Source: a virus
Taxonomy: Duplodnaviria > Caudoviricetes
IMG/VR virus record: IMGVR_UViG_3300028586_000007
Location: 1-43,624 of that record
Strand: one strand, 5' to 3'
Length of the DNA stretch: 43,624 nt
Both the position numbers and the translations under genes were made by a program. Shown piece after piece: positions 1-9,267 of this stretch. Positions within the stretch are counted from its first letter, which is position 1, and each line of letters begins with the position of its first letter. The notes beneath the pieces were generated by a model that was given only the letters and a program-made list of their open reading frames with translations, did not search any database and was not told the DNA's origin.

Positions 1-45
1 CTGGCGGAGAGAGGGGGATTCGAACCCCCGGTAGGCTATGAACCT
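1..45. repeat. Left att core (displaced 3' end of the tRNA)
   Basis: ctggcggagagagggggattcgaacccccggtaggctatgaacct is identical to 43580-43624; the sequence after position 45 does not look like tRNA. Confidence 0.95.
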
Positions 46-100
46 CTAACGCAGGGTAAACAAGGGGAATTGCGGGGACTCCGTCATAGGGGAGCAACCC

Positions 101-1285
101 CTATGCCTCCCTCGCCTTCCCCTCGATTTCCCCGGGAAATTCCCCAGACCTCGCAATCGTCCGTTCCAGCTTCGCCATTTCTCGATCGTCGTCCGATCCG
201 CTGATCCATTTCGCGTAGACGGTGAAGAACATGCGCAGACTGTGACCCAGCTGGCCAGCCATGAAGCCGGGCTTGACCCCGCTCATCAGCCCCATGGTTG
301 CGTAGGTGTGCCGCATATTGTACGGCCTTCGATACCGGATCCCGGTTTTCTTCAACGTCGCCTGCCAGAACGACCGCACGTCGGTGATTTTCGCATAGGC
401 CCAAGGCTCGCCCGTCTTCGGGTCGTGGAACACGTGCGCGCCGGCCAGGTAGGTATGGGCCTTCTGCCGCTGCAGCGCCTCCATCGCCATGCCGTTCAGC
501 TTCACGATCCGCGGCTCGTAGGTCTTAGTGGTGTCCGACTCCTCGTCGTACACGTTACCCCCGTCGATTAGCACCTCCTTCTTCCGGAAGTCGACGTCTG
601 GCCAGCGCAGCGCGATTCCCTCTGACGTGCGCAGCCCGGTGAAGAACATCAGCTGCACGAAGTTCAGGACTTGCTCCGATCGGTGCTCGACCAGGTGCGC
701 CAGGATTACGTGCACCTCGGCCAGGTCGAACGGATCCGGCGCCGGCTTCTGGTAACCGGCGCGCTTCACCTCCGCGCAGGGGTTCTCTTTGATCATCTTG
801 TCGAGCCGCGCGAACTCGAACACTCCGTTGATCAGGGACAGCTCGTTGTTGCGGCTCTTCCCACTCTTCCAGGTGCCGGAGTTCAGTGCGGCCAGGATAT
901 CCGAATAGCTGACCTCCCCGATCGGGCGATTGCGCAGCGCCTTCTTCCAGAACCCTTCCAGCCGCCTCCCGTATTGTCGCTTCGTCGACGCCTTCCCTTC
1001 GAACAGCTCGACGTATCGATCCATCACCTGGTGCAGCATCGGCGCGCCCTCCTCCGGCTCGTCCGCGTACTGCGACTTCGGGAAATAGGCTGCGTACTCG
1101 AACGTCCCGTTTTCGATCTTCTGCCGGATCTCGGCGACCAGGCGCTTCGCATATTTCGCGTTCGCTGGCGTCGGGGCCATCGGCTCGTCGTCGATGTACA
1201 GCGTCTCCCGGCGCTGCTTCCCCCTCCACTCGAAGCGCACGCGAATGCTCTTCGCGCGCAGTTCTACTCCGCCTGCTCCACCCAC
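101..1285 (-). CDS. int: Tyrosine integrase with N-terminal arm-binding domain
   Basis: GLRTSE, YNMRHT, LGH and VYAKW catalytic motifs; adjacent to att. Confidence 0.95.
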   Translation of the reverse strand: MGGAGGVELRAKSIRVRFEWRGKQRRETLYIDDEPMAPTPANAKYAKRLVAEIRQKIENGTFEYAAYFPKSQYADEPEEGAPMLHQVMDRYVELFEGKASTKRQYGRRLEGFWKKALRNRPIGEVSYSDILAALNSGTWKSGKSRNNELSLINGVFEFARLDKMIKENPCAEVKRAGYQKPAPDPFDLAEVHVILAHLVEHRSEQVLNFVQLMFFTGLRTSEGIALRWPDVDFRKKEVLIDGGNVYDEESDTTKTYEPRIVKLNGMAMEALQRQKAHTYLAGAHVFHDPKTGEPWAYAKITDVRSFWQATLKKTGIRYRRPYNMRHTYATMGLMSGVKPGFMAGQLGHSLRMFFTVYAKWISGSDDDREMAKLERTIARSGEFPGEIEGKAREA

Positions 1286-1461
1286 TTGTAGTACTCCTGG
1301 ATATCCAACGTGATCCGCCCGTCAGGGGCCTTCCGGAAGTGCTTGCCTTGCAGCCAGACCCCGTCTTCGATCTTGCGGCGCACCGCCTTCTCGGTGTAGC
1401 CCGTCAGGCTACAGAACATGGGCAGCAGCACCCATTGTAGTTGCACGATCAGATTGCCCAT
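1264..1461 (-). CDS. xis: Excisionase
   Basis: 65 aa from ATG 1461 with AAGGAGG RBS; FCSLTGYTEKAVRRKIEDGVW winged-helix pattern; overlaps the int start. Confidence 0.8.
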   Translation of the reverse strand: MGNLIVQLQWVLLPMFCSLTGYTEKAVRRKIEDGVWLQGKHFRKAPDGRITLDIQEYYKWVEQAE

Positions 1462-1462
1462 C

Positions 1463-2116
1463 TCATCCTCCTTTTCCATTATCGATCTCCCTCTCGGCCT
1501 CAGCCAGGGCCACATTCAATTCCGACATCGCGGCATCGCTGCCGCCGGCACGGTCCGGATGGCGCGCGCTGGCCAACTTCCGGTACCGGTCGCGGAGCAG
1601 CTCGGCGCTGACCTGGGCAGCGGCGGCAAAGCCGAGCACTTCGCGCCAGTGCTTGCGCGCGTCTGGCGCCGGCAACGCCGTGAAGCCGGTGAACGCCCTC
1701 TCGAGCACGCGGGCTCCGCCGTGCCGCTCGATCGCGCGCATGGCGTCCAGCGTCGCCGCGACGGCGGCCAGGTTCTCTTCGACCTTCCAGTACTGGTCGA
1801 TCGCCATTACGCGACGCTCGCCCTTCCGGGTCTGCCAGTAGACGGCGGCGCCGGCATCGCGTGGCGCGGCCTGGCCGGAGCGCGGCAGGCCATCCAGACG
1901 CAGGGCCAGGTTGGTCGAAATCACGACGTTGGCGCGGTCAATGCCCATGCGGGACAGCTCGCCCAGCACGCGCTTCGTCGCCTCGGCGACGGTGATCTCC
2001 GCGAACGAGGTGTGGGAGCGGTCCTGTCGCTTGACGCCGAATCGCCCTGCGCGCGTCTCAGCTGCAGGCGTGCGCGGCCACCCGGCCGGCCACTGGAGTG
2101 GGTATGCCGGGATCAC
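1463..2116 (-). CDS. Phage J-domain (DnaJ-like) protein
   Basis: C-terminal WREVLG...YRKLASARHPDRAGGS with HPD motif; GTG start overlapping the upstream TGA. Confidence 0.85.
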   Translation of the reverse strand: MIPAYPLQWPAGWPRTPAAETRAGRFGVKRQDRSHTSFAEITVAEATKRVLGELSRMGIDRANVVISTNLALRLDGLPRSGQAAPRDAGAAVYWQTRKGERRVMAIDQYWKVEENLAAVAATLDAMRAIERHGGARVLERAFTGFTALPAPDARKHWREVLGFAAAAQVSAELLRDRYRKLASARHPDRAGGSDAAMSELNVALAEAEREIDNGKGG

Positions 2117-2550
2117 GATGCACTGCCTTCCTGGCCAATCCCGATCTCCAGCGCTTCGCGCAGCTCGTCGATGAAGTCCTGGCCGTAAATCTTCCAGTTG
2201 TCGTCGCGGTTGACGCCGCAGACGTCGGCGCTGCGGTTGCACATGTGGCGCGCCGCGGCGGACAGCTGCGCGTGCGTCAGGCCGGCCGCGACCGCCACAG
2301 GCTCGTCGAAGGACAGCGCCGGCACTGGCGGATCGCTGGCGCGGCGGCCGCCGACCATTGGCTCGCGCACTGGCGCGCGCAGCAGCTGGCCGATGCGGTC
2401 TTCGGCGCCAAGCAGGATCACGCAGGGCGGCACGCTGGCCGGGATCTCGATCGCGATGCCGTCGGTGCCGGCGGCGCGCAGCAGGTCGCGGGCGGCGGTC
2501 ACGAGGGCGATCTTGTACGGGGCGAGTAGTTCGGGGGCAATATCGCTCAT
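2113..2550 (-). CDS. Hypothetical protein
   Basis: ATG with AAGGA RBS; stop overlaps the next start (GTGA). Confidence 0.7.
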   Translation of the reverse strand: MSDIAPELLAPYKIALVTAARDLLRAAGTDGIAIEIPASVPPCVILLGAEDRIGQLLRAPVREPMVGGRRASDPPVPALSFDEPVAVAAGLTHAQLSAAARHMCNRSADVCGVNRDDNWKIYGQDFIDELREALEIGIGQEGSAS

Positions 2551-2586
2551 GTTAGTATTCCTTTATTGAAATTTCCTTGTCGATCG

Positions 2587-3186
2587 ATGATTAATCGCTA
2601 CCTTCTTTGGGGGCTGCTGGGCGCAGTCGTAGTTGGGCTAACGCATACCGCCACATCTCTGGGGCTCAAGGACGACGAGTGGCCGGCATGGGTAGGCGCA
2701 GTTGGCACGGTAGCCACGTTGATAGGGACTATTTGGCTTGCCACAGACAGCGAAAGGAGGCGGAGGCGCGAAAAGATAGATCTCGCCTTGATTTACGCAG
2801 CCGGATTTCCTACGCAAATCATGAGTGCCAAAATTGTTATCTGGGAGGCTATGAGCCACATGCTCGCGCACTCCGCCGATGGGCCTGGTAGCGGGTACAT
2901 AGAAGCGGCGAAAAAGCTTCGCACAGCGATTACGTGGAACGAAGAATCGCTCAAGAACCTCGTCATTGTTCCTGGAAATGCAGCGGTAATGCTTGCCCGA
3001 GCTTCTGGGAGAAACCTCTGGATAGCCGACATGTGCGAGGAAACGGGAACCGCAGGTGACTCCGTGCGCTTGCGAGATGCATATCGCTCCTACCACGAAC
3101 AGCTCGAGCTCTCGCTCAACGAAATGAGTACCGCATCTCAGCTTTGCATGAAGTTCACGGACCATCATCTTAATTCCACAAGATAA
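2587..3186 (+). CDS. Hypothetical membrane protein (moron-like, opposite strand)
   Basis: Two N-terminal hydrophobic segments followed by a basic run (RRRRREK); lower GC than neighbours. Confidence 0.75.
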   Translation: MINRYLLWGLLGAVVVGLTHTATSLGLKDDEWPAWVGAVGTVATLIGTIWLATDSERRRRREKIDLALIYAAGFPTQIMSAKIVIWEAMSHMLAHSADGPGSGYIEAAKKLRTAITWNEESLKNLVIVPGNAAVMLARASGRNLWIADMCEETGTAGDSVRLRDAYRSYHEQLELSLNEMSTASQLCMKFTDHHLNSTR

Positions 3187-3200
3187 TTTATCGTTTCGCT

Positions 3201-5126
3201 TTAAGGCGCATGTCCTGGCATCGTTAGCGCTAGCGCCACGTTCCGCACCCAGATCGGCGTAGCGCTCAGCACGAAGGTCTCCCCGCCCCAAGCCAGCAGA
3301 AGCGTCGTTCCCATCACCTCGGCGATCGCGGTCGCCGCATCCGGCGGCACCAGGTTCCCGATGTGCTCGCGCCAGACGCTGTCGCTCGCGCCGTCCAGCA
3401 GCAGGTATTCCTCGGGCTCGATCAGTGACTGCAACGCGGCCAGCTCGAGCGTAGTGAACGGCCGGTGCCAGGTGCCGTCGAGCGAGCGGATGATGGCGAC
3501 CGTCTTCTGGTCTAGCGCCGGCAGCGCACGCGGATCAGCAACCGACCAGCGGCCGTTGTCCTGGCGCGCGGCCGCGCTCACGGCGCCGCTCGGCGAATCC
3601 CAGGGCACCACGCCATAGTGGCCGCCGCCGAAGAACGCATCACCGGCGCCGCGGCTCGCGTTCAGGCTGGAGCGCGGGTCCGCGACGGCGAACGCGCCCT
3701 GCCCCGTGGTGCTGGCGCCAATCACGGTTCCGGCCGCCTGGTCGAACGGCGTGACCAGGTACTTGCCAGCGCCGTCGAATGCGCTGGTCGACCGCGGATC
3801 GGCGACGCATCCGCCGCCGCTGCTCGGGCTGTGGCCACTAGTGACGGTGCCGGCCGGGCCAGCCCAGGGCACGATGCGATACACGTTCTTGTGCGTGTCG
3901 GCGCCGCCGGCGCGCGGGTCGGCTACCGAGAACCCACCCTGGATGGGCGAGCGCTGCGCGGTGATCGTGCCGGTCGGCTCTTCCCAGCCGCGGACACCGA
4001 GCTGGCCGTAGTCGCCGCTGTTCGAGTAGCGCGGATCTGCGATGCATTGGCCAGTGCCGTGGGCACCCGACACCACGCGCGCCGCGTCATCCCATTCGCC
4101 GACACGCAGCTCGTTGCTGTGTTTGTCCGGGCCCATATGGCGCGGATCGGCCACAGAGAAATTCCCGGTGGTCGGCGTGCCGCGGCTGGTGATCGTGCCG
4201 ATCGGCTCCGACCAGTCGTTCACACCCAGCGTCCCGCCGCGCATCTCCGGCACAATCAAGTAGTCGCGCAGGTGGCCGTTCTCTACCGCCAGGCGGTTCA
4301 GGCTGCGCCAGTCGCTGCCGGCCTCGACGAACGCAAGGCGCACCCAGGTCTTCCACTGCAGGCGCGGGATGCGGTGCATCGGCCCGCCCGCCTCGTCGCC
4401 CGGAAACGGCATGCGGCCGAGCACGTCGCCGACCGCGCGCAAGCGCTTCTTCGCCGGCTCATAAAGGAAGGCCGGCACCTTCTCGGTATGGCGCGCTACC
4501 AGCAGGAAGCGCTTGCGCGACTGTGCCAGGGCGCCCAGCTCGCCGCAGTCGTGCGTGGTCTCGGCCACGGCGTAGCCGTAGCGCTGCAGCACCTGGTTGA
4601 TCTGGTCCAGCAGATGGCGGCCGCGCGACGCCAGGCGCGGCACATTCTCGAACACGATCAGGTCGACCGGGTCATCGGCCCAGGCCTCGGCCATGAGCCA
4701 GATGCAACGCAGCGTCAGCTCGTTGAGCGCCTGGTACTTCGCGGTCTGGCTCTTCTTCTCCGACAGCAGGCCTGACGCACCCTTGCACGGGCTGCTGATG
4801 AACACGATGTTCGGACGCTCGTTGCCAGCCGCGCGCCGGATGTCGGCGGGGCCCATCTCGCGCCAGTCCGCCGGCGGTTGCCTGCCGTGGAAGGCGATGT
4901 GCTGCTCGCGGCTGAACAGGTCCATCACGGTGCCGGGCACGCCGGCGATGCGATTGAAGTCGCGGATCGCTGCGGGCGACACGTCGACACCACCCAGGCA
5001 GCGGAAGCGCGCAGCGACGGCGCCGACGCGCGGGTTCGCCTTGTTGAAGCCTTTGGCGCCACCGCCGATACCGCAGCAGAAGTGGAAGTGGGTGACCTCA
5101 CGGGTCAGGGTTGCGTCACGCGGCAT
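3201..5126 (-). CDS. DNA (cytosine-5) methyltransferase with repeat-expanded variable region
   Basis: Motif I FCCGIGG, catalytic SPC, ENV, QSRKR and C-terminal IGNLVPP. Confidence 0.9.
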   Translation of the reverse strand: MPRDATLTREVTHFHFCCGIGGGAKGFNKANPRVGAVAARFRCLGGVDVSPAAIRDFNRIAGVPGTVMDLFSREQHIAFHGRQPPADWREMGPADIRRAAGNERPNIVFISSPCKGASGLLSEKKSQTAKYQALNELTLRCIWLMAEAWADDPVDLIVFENVPRLASRGRHLLDQINQVLQRYGYAVAETTHDCGELGALAQSRKRFLLVARHTEKVPAFLYEPAKKRLRAVGDVLGRMPFPGDEAGGPMHRIPRLQWKTWVRLAFVEAGSDWRSLNRLAVENGHLRDYLIVPEMRGGTLGVNDWSEPIGTITSRGTPTTGNFSVADPRHMGPDKHSNELRVGEWDDAARVVSGAHGTGQCIADPRYSNSGDYGQLGVRGWEEPTGTITAQRSPIQGGFSVADPRAGGADTHKNVYRIVPWAGPAGTVTSGHSPSSGGGCVADPRSTSAFDGAGKYLVTPFDQAAGTVIGASTTGQGAFAVADPRSSLNASRGAGDAFFGGGHYGVVPWDSPSGAVSAAARQDNGRWSVADPRALPALDQKTVAIIRSLDGTWHRPFTTLELAALQSLIEPEEYLLLDGASDSVWREHIGNLVPPDAATAIAEVMGTTLLLAWGGETFVLSATPIWVRNVALALTMPGHAP

Positions 5127-5535
5127 GCTGCATTCCTTGGTTGTTGTTGGTTGGCGCGGGCCCGAAGAACGCCGCGATCAGCGGATCCCGGTGCATGCCA
5201 AGCTGGCGCGCCGGGCCAATGCCGCGCTTCGGCGCAAAGTACTCGTCCAGCGCCTCGTCCGGCGTGGGCAGCGCCGGATCGGTGCCCAGCTCCCATAGGA
5301 TCCAGGACCCCTCCTTCTCGCCCGACGGCCGCACGGTGCGTCGGTCCTTGTGCATGTAGCGCAGGTAGTTGGCCAGGGTGGCACGGATGCCTTCGCATCC
5401 GTCGAAGAGCTCATGGGCCGTCTTCCGCCCTTCCATCAGCAGCGCTTCCATCTTGGCCACGGCGTCGGCGCGCGCGGCCAGCTGCTGCTCCTTCGTCCGG
5501 GGCTGGAATGGCAGGTGATCTGGTCCGCGCGCCAT
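5116..5535 (-). CDS. Hypothetical protein, possible winged helix
   Basis: Coupled ORF in the leftward operon. Confidence 0.65.
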   Translation of the reverse strand: MARGPDHLPFQPRTKEQQLAARADAVAKMEALLMEGRKTAHELFDGCEGIRATLANYLRYMHKDRRTVRPSGEKEGSWILWELGTDPALPTPDEALDEYFAPKRGIGPARQLGMHRDPLIAAFFGPAPTNNNQGMQHAA

Positions 5536-5537
5536 GA

Positions 5538-6281
5538 TCAGGCCGCCTCGTCCAGCAGCGACTTCTGATCCTTCTCGACCTTCAGCGCGTCGCCCTCGTC
5601 CAGCAGCTTCGAGCGCTCCTCGATCACGATGGTCACGAAGCCGCCTTCGGCGTCAGCCAGGCTGTGGGCCCAGTCGCCCTTGGCCAGGGTCAGCACTGCC
5701 TTGACGCCATCCTTGAACACGACCTGGTCGACCGCAGCCTGGAAGGTCAAGCGCGCGTTGCTGGCGATGATGTCGATCGCGTCCTGCACGGCGCGGCGGC
5801 AATCCTGCTGCACGGCGCTCAGCACGCGCTGTTGCTCGCCTTCCTTGAGTTCGATCCAGGGCTTCGACAGGGTCTTCAGGTGCTTCGTGGCCGCCTTGAT
5901 CAGCGAGCCCAGCAGGAACTCGGCGGCGTAGGCCTTGCCGTCAGCGGCGCCATGCACGCCAGGGCGGGCGAAGACGGCGTACGGACCCTGGTCATCCTCG
6001 GACACGACCGCAAGATTCCAGCCGTCGCCTTGCGGCGCAGCCGGCTCCCATGCGCTCACGTCCCTGTGCCCGGCGAGATAGGCTGCGCCGATCCCGATAG
6101 CCTTCGTGCTGGTGTCGTCCACCAGGCGGCGAACGGCGATCTCGCGGCCGTCGATGACAGCCCCTTCCGCCAGTTCCTCTTCCGGCAGGTAGAAGTCTTC
6201 GAAGCCCGGCGCGGCGCCGTAGCCATGCTCGTCGCGCTTCAGGGCGCTGTCGTTTGCTGCTGCTGGTGCTTTCTTAGTCAT
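5538..6281 (-). CDS. Hypothetical phage protein
   Basis: AGGAG RBS; codon pattern matches neighbours. Confidence 0.75.
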   Translation of the reverse strand: MTKKAPAAANDSALKRDEHGYGAAPGFEDFYLPEEELAEGAVIDGREIAVRRLVDDTSTKAIGIGAAYLAGHRDVSAWEPAAPQGDGWNLAVVSEDDQGPYAVFARPGVHGAADGKAYAAEFLLGSLIKAATKHLKTLSKPWIELKEGEQQRVLSAVQQDCRRAVQDAIDIIASNARLTFQAAVDQVVFKDGVKAVLTLAKGDWAHSLADAEGGFVTIVIEERSKLLDEGDALKVEKDQKSLLDEAA

Positions 6282-6282
6282 G

Positions 6283-6528
6283 CTATTTCTCCTGGGTGGT
6301 CGGGTTGTTTTTCGTGTCTTGCTGGTACTGCATGAACGGCAGTCGGATGAATTGGTGGAACCGCTTCTCCGCCGCCGCGTCGCGATCGATATCGCCGCGC
6401 GAGCGCACGCCGCAGATGGCGCGCACGCTGTGCGCCGCCGTCGCTTCGTCGGGCGCGCGCAAGAAGCGCTGGAAGTCGGCCTCGCGGCAGCGCAGCGCGA
6501 CCCAGCGGGAGAGCAGCGGGCGGGCCAT
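6283..6528 (-). CDS. Hypothetical protein
   Basis: ATG 6528 two bases after the YqaJ stop; MARPLLSRWVALRCREADFQRFL. Confidence 0.65.
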   Translation of the reverse strand: MARPLLSRWVALRCREADFQRFLRAPDEATAAHSVRAICGVRSRGDIDRDAAAEKRFHQFIRLPFMQYQQDTKNNPTTQEK

Positions 6529-6530
6529 CG

Positions 6531-8369
6531 TCAGGCGGCCTTCGCCTGGGCCACGTTGGTCACGTGGCGGATCAGCGCGGCGCACATCGAGGGGAAGTCC
6601 GCCTCGTGGTACAGCTTGGCCGACTTGTCGGTCGCGGCCGGCGCGAAGCCCAAGCGGGTCAGGCCTTCGGCGGTGATGGCGATCGGCGCCAAGCGCTCGT
6701 TGATCTGGCCAAGGCGCAGGGACGGCGGGGTGCTGGTGCTGGCCGGGCGCGCCGCAGCGATCGGCGTGACCTGGGCGGCCTGCACTTCCTGGAAGTCCGG
6801 GTCACCCTTCGGCGTCTCCGATGCTGGCGCTGGCGCCGGCGCAGCGCTGACCTGCTGCACAGCGCGCGCAGCAGCCTCGTCGCGTGCGCGGGCAGCGGCG
6901 ATGCTGGCGGCCTGCTCCTCGAGCTGCCGCTTCGTTTCGGCCGACACCCGGGCACGCTCGGCCGCTGCCACTTCTTCGGCGACCCGTGCGGCCTCCGCCT
7001 GCTCCAGGCGAACCTTTTCCGCGGCCGCCGCCTCGGCCTTCACGCGCTCCTCCTCGGCGATCTTGGCGCGCAGCGCCGCGGCCTTCGCCGCCTCGGCCGC
7101 TTCGTGCTCGGCAATCCGCATCTTCACCAGCGACACCAGGTCGTCGGTAGCTTTCAGCACGATCGATGCGGTGTCGGCGAACAGGAAAGCATGGCCGCCG
7201 GCCAGCTCGCGCAGCGTGCCCAGGTTGATCTGGATCCGGTCGGCCACGGCATTGGCTTCAATCTTGAAGCGCGCCAGCTCTGTATCGACGGCGTCGCGCA
7301 GGCTGGTGACGGTCTTCTTGCCCTTCATGACGCCGGCGAAGTCGACGGCGATCGCCGGCATGTATGGCTTGCCCAGGCGCGCGTTCAGAGAGGCGATGTG
7401 GGCTGCCGCCTTGTCCTTGCCGGCCTGCTGGATCTCGACGCGGATCGTCTCCTTACGTGCCTTGACCACCTTCTCCAGCATCAGGCGGGTCTTGCGCGCC
7501 AGGTCCTTGTAGCTGGCGACGGTACGCACCATCTCGTCGACCGTCGATATCTGGCCTAGGGCGGATGCCTCGGCCGCGCCCAGCGCATCCTCGGCGCGCT
7601 CCATCACCTTGATCGCCTGTTCCGCATCGGCGAAGGCCTGGTCGTCGCTCGGGTTCGTGTCGATGTCGGCCACGAACGCCTTCAGCTTTTCACCGAACAG
7701 CACCAGGTTGTGATTCAGGGTCAGCTGGCCGTCGACGCGGATCGACAGCGCCGGCAGGTCCTGCACCGCGGCGGCGACCGGTGGCGGCAGAACTTCGACG
7801 TGCTGGTACGTGGCCAGGTCCTGCTCGAACTGCGCCCAGCCGGCGCGGATGCGCTCATGCCAGGCCGGATCCGGCAGCACGTCCATTTGCACGAAGTTGT
7901 CGAGCGTGCCGTCCGAACAGACGAACACCACCTTGCCGGCGCCGGTCACCATCATGATCTGCTGGCATTGCGGCATGTACTCGTCGGGCAGCACGCCGGC
8001 GGCGACGGCCGCGGCCAGCACCTGGTTCCATTGTTTGTGCTCGAAAGCGACGTCTTCGGCCATGGTCAGGCCGTCGCAGGACGCCGACAGCAAGCCATCT
8101 GAACAGGTCACCGGATACAGCTCGGTGCCGATCAGGTCTTCGACCAGCGGGCGCGCCAGCGCTTCCACGTGGTGGCCATGGTCGAGAATGTTCTCTTGCA
8201 CCCAGTCGCTGAATTCCTGGGCGGTACCGGTCGCCTTCATGTGCAGCAGCTCGGTGCGCTTCACCTTCGTGGACAGGCCGAGCATTGCGGCCGCTTCACT
8301 GGCGCCGCGGTGCTCGAGGCGGAAGGCTGCCCATTCCGGCGTGCCCTGGGTAAGATCGTGGATCTGCAT
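6531..8369 (-). CDS. YqaJ / lambda-exonuclease family protein with long coiled-coil C-terminus
   Basis: QGTPEW...R...GASE, GHHVE, ASCDG, EHK and YMPQCQQ motifs. Confidence 0.9.
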   Translation of the reverse strand: MQIHDLTQGTPEWAAFRLEHRGASEAAAMLGLSTKVKRTELLHMKATGTAQEFSDWVQENILDHGHHVEALARPLVEDLIGTELYPVTCSDGLLSASCDGLTMAEDVAFEHKQWNQVLAAAVAAGVLPDEYMPQCQQIMMVTGAGKVVFVCSDGTLDNFVQMDVLPDPAWHERIRAGWAQFEQDLATYQHVEVLPPPVAAAVQDLPALSIRVDGQLTLNHNLVLFGEKLKAFVADIDTNPSDDQAFADAEQAIKVMERAEDALGAAEASALGQISTVDEMVRTVASYKDLARKTRLMLEKVVKARKETIRVEIQQAGKDKAAAHIASLNARLGKPYMPAIAVDFAGVMKGKKTVTSLRDAVDTELARFKIEANAVADRIQINLGTLRELAGGHAFLFADTASIVLKATDDLVSLVKMRIAEHEAAEAAKAAALRAKIAEEERVKAEAAAAEKVRLEQAEAARVAEEVAAAERARVSAETKRQLEEQAASIAAARARDEAAARAVQQVSAAPAPAPASETPKGDPDFQEVQAAQVTPIAAARPASTSTPPSLRLGQINERLAPIAITAEGLTRLGFAPAATDKSAKLYHEADFPSMCAALIRHVTNVAQAKAA

Positions 8370-8379
8370 GGTGTTCTCC

Positions 8380-9150
8380 TTATTCGCCTTCGTGAGCCCA
8401 CGAATCGATCGTCAGCTTCTGGTCTTCGGTGAGGATGGTCTTCGTGCTGAGCATGGCGACCAGGGCGGCCGGAGTCTTCTTGCCCGACAGGACGATGTCG
8501 CGCCACGCCGGGGTGTTCTCGGCGAACTTTTCGGGCGTGCACTCCGGCAGCGGCGCGGCCACCTGGGCGGTGCGCACAGCGGCTGCTGCTGGCGCCGGCG
8601 TGATGTCGCGCTCGACGCGTTCGTCGGCCGGGTAGTCGCGCAGCTCCTCGATCGACTTGATGCCCTTGAGCGCATCGGCGAACAGGTCGCGTGCTGCGAA
8701 GGCGAAGGCACGCATCTGCAGCATCCGCTTCGGCGCCGTCTGCCATGGCCCCTGCTTGCCGGCCAGACCTGCCTTCTTCGCGTCCTCCATCGTGAAGGTC
8801 GTCACCACCGGCGAGCGGCCGCGCCGCTTCAAGGTGACCGTGCACTGGGTTTCCTGCTTGTCCTCCTGCAGGTCTTCGAACTCGGGGTGGCTGATCACCA
8901 ATGCGCGCATCGCATCGCCCCACACGCCCGGGCGGCCGTTGATGACCGAGATGCCCTGGAGCGACTGCATCGGCTTGAGGCCCAGCTCGGCGCCGGTCTG
9001 CACCGCGACCAGGACGTTGCCGGGCTTGCCGACGTAATCCTTGGGCACCATGTCCGACTTGGCAATGATGTTCGCGAACTCCATGGCTTCGGCCAGGTTG
9101 CGCGGGGCAAGGGAGAACGTCTGTTCGCCCGTGGTGGTGAGGTCGTTCAT
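8380..9150 (-). CDS. RecT-like single-strand annealing protein
   Basis: MVPKDY.GKP, GAELGLKPMQSLQGISVINGRP, W...PKRML..RA...AARDLFAD.LKG; paired with the exonuclease. Confidence 0.85.
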   Translation of the reverse strand: MNDLTTTGEQTFSLAPRNLAEAMEFANIIAKSDMVPKDYVGKPGNVLVAVQTGAELGLKPMQSLQGISVINGRPGVWGDAMRALVISHPEFEDLQEDKQETQCTVTLKRRGRSPVVTTFTMEDAKKAGLAGKQGPWQTAPKRMLQMRAFAFAARDLFADALKGIKSIEELRDYPADERVERDITPAPAAAAVRTAQVAAPLPECTPEKFAENTPAWRDIVLSGKKTPAALVAMLSTKTILTEDQKLTIDSWAHEGE

Positions 9151-9165
9151 GGTTTCCTTCGTGGG

Positions 9166-9267
9166 TTAAAAGCCGGTGAAATAGGTGTGCACGGCGCGCG
9201 CGATCGCGCCACGGCGAAGGCCTGCGCGGCAGGCGTGGCGGTACTGCTGGTAGAAGTGGCGGATCAC
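9166..9267 (-). CDS. Small basic hypothetical protein (33 aa)
   Basis: GTG start overlapping the upstream TGA. Confidence 0.45.
   Translation of the reverse strand: MIRHFYQQYRHACRAGLRRGAIARAVHTYFTGF

Noticed and set aside
1-45. Second tRNA gene at the left end
   Set aside because: Only the 3' 45 nt are present; this is the att duplication
3201-5126. Restriction-modification system
   Set aside because: No recognisable endonuclease partner; the methyltransferase is an orphan in the early operon
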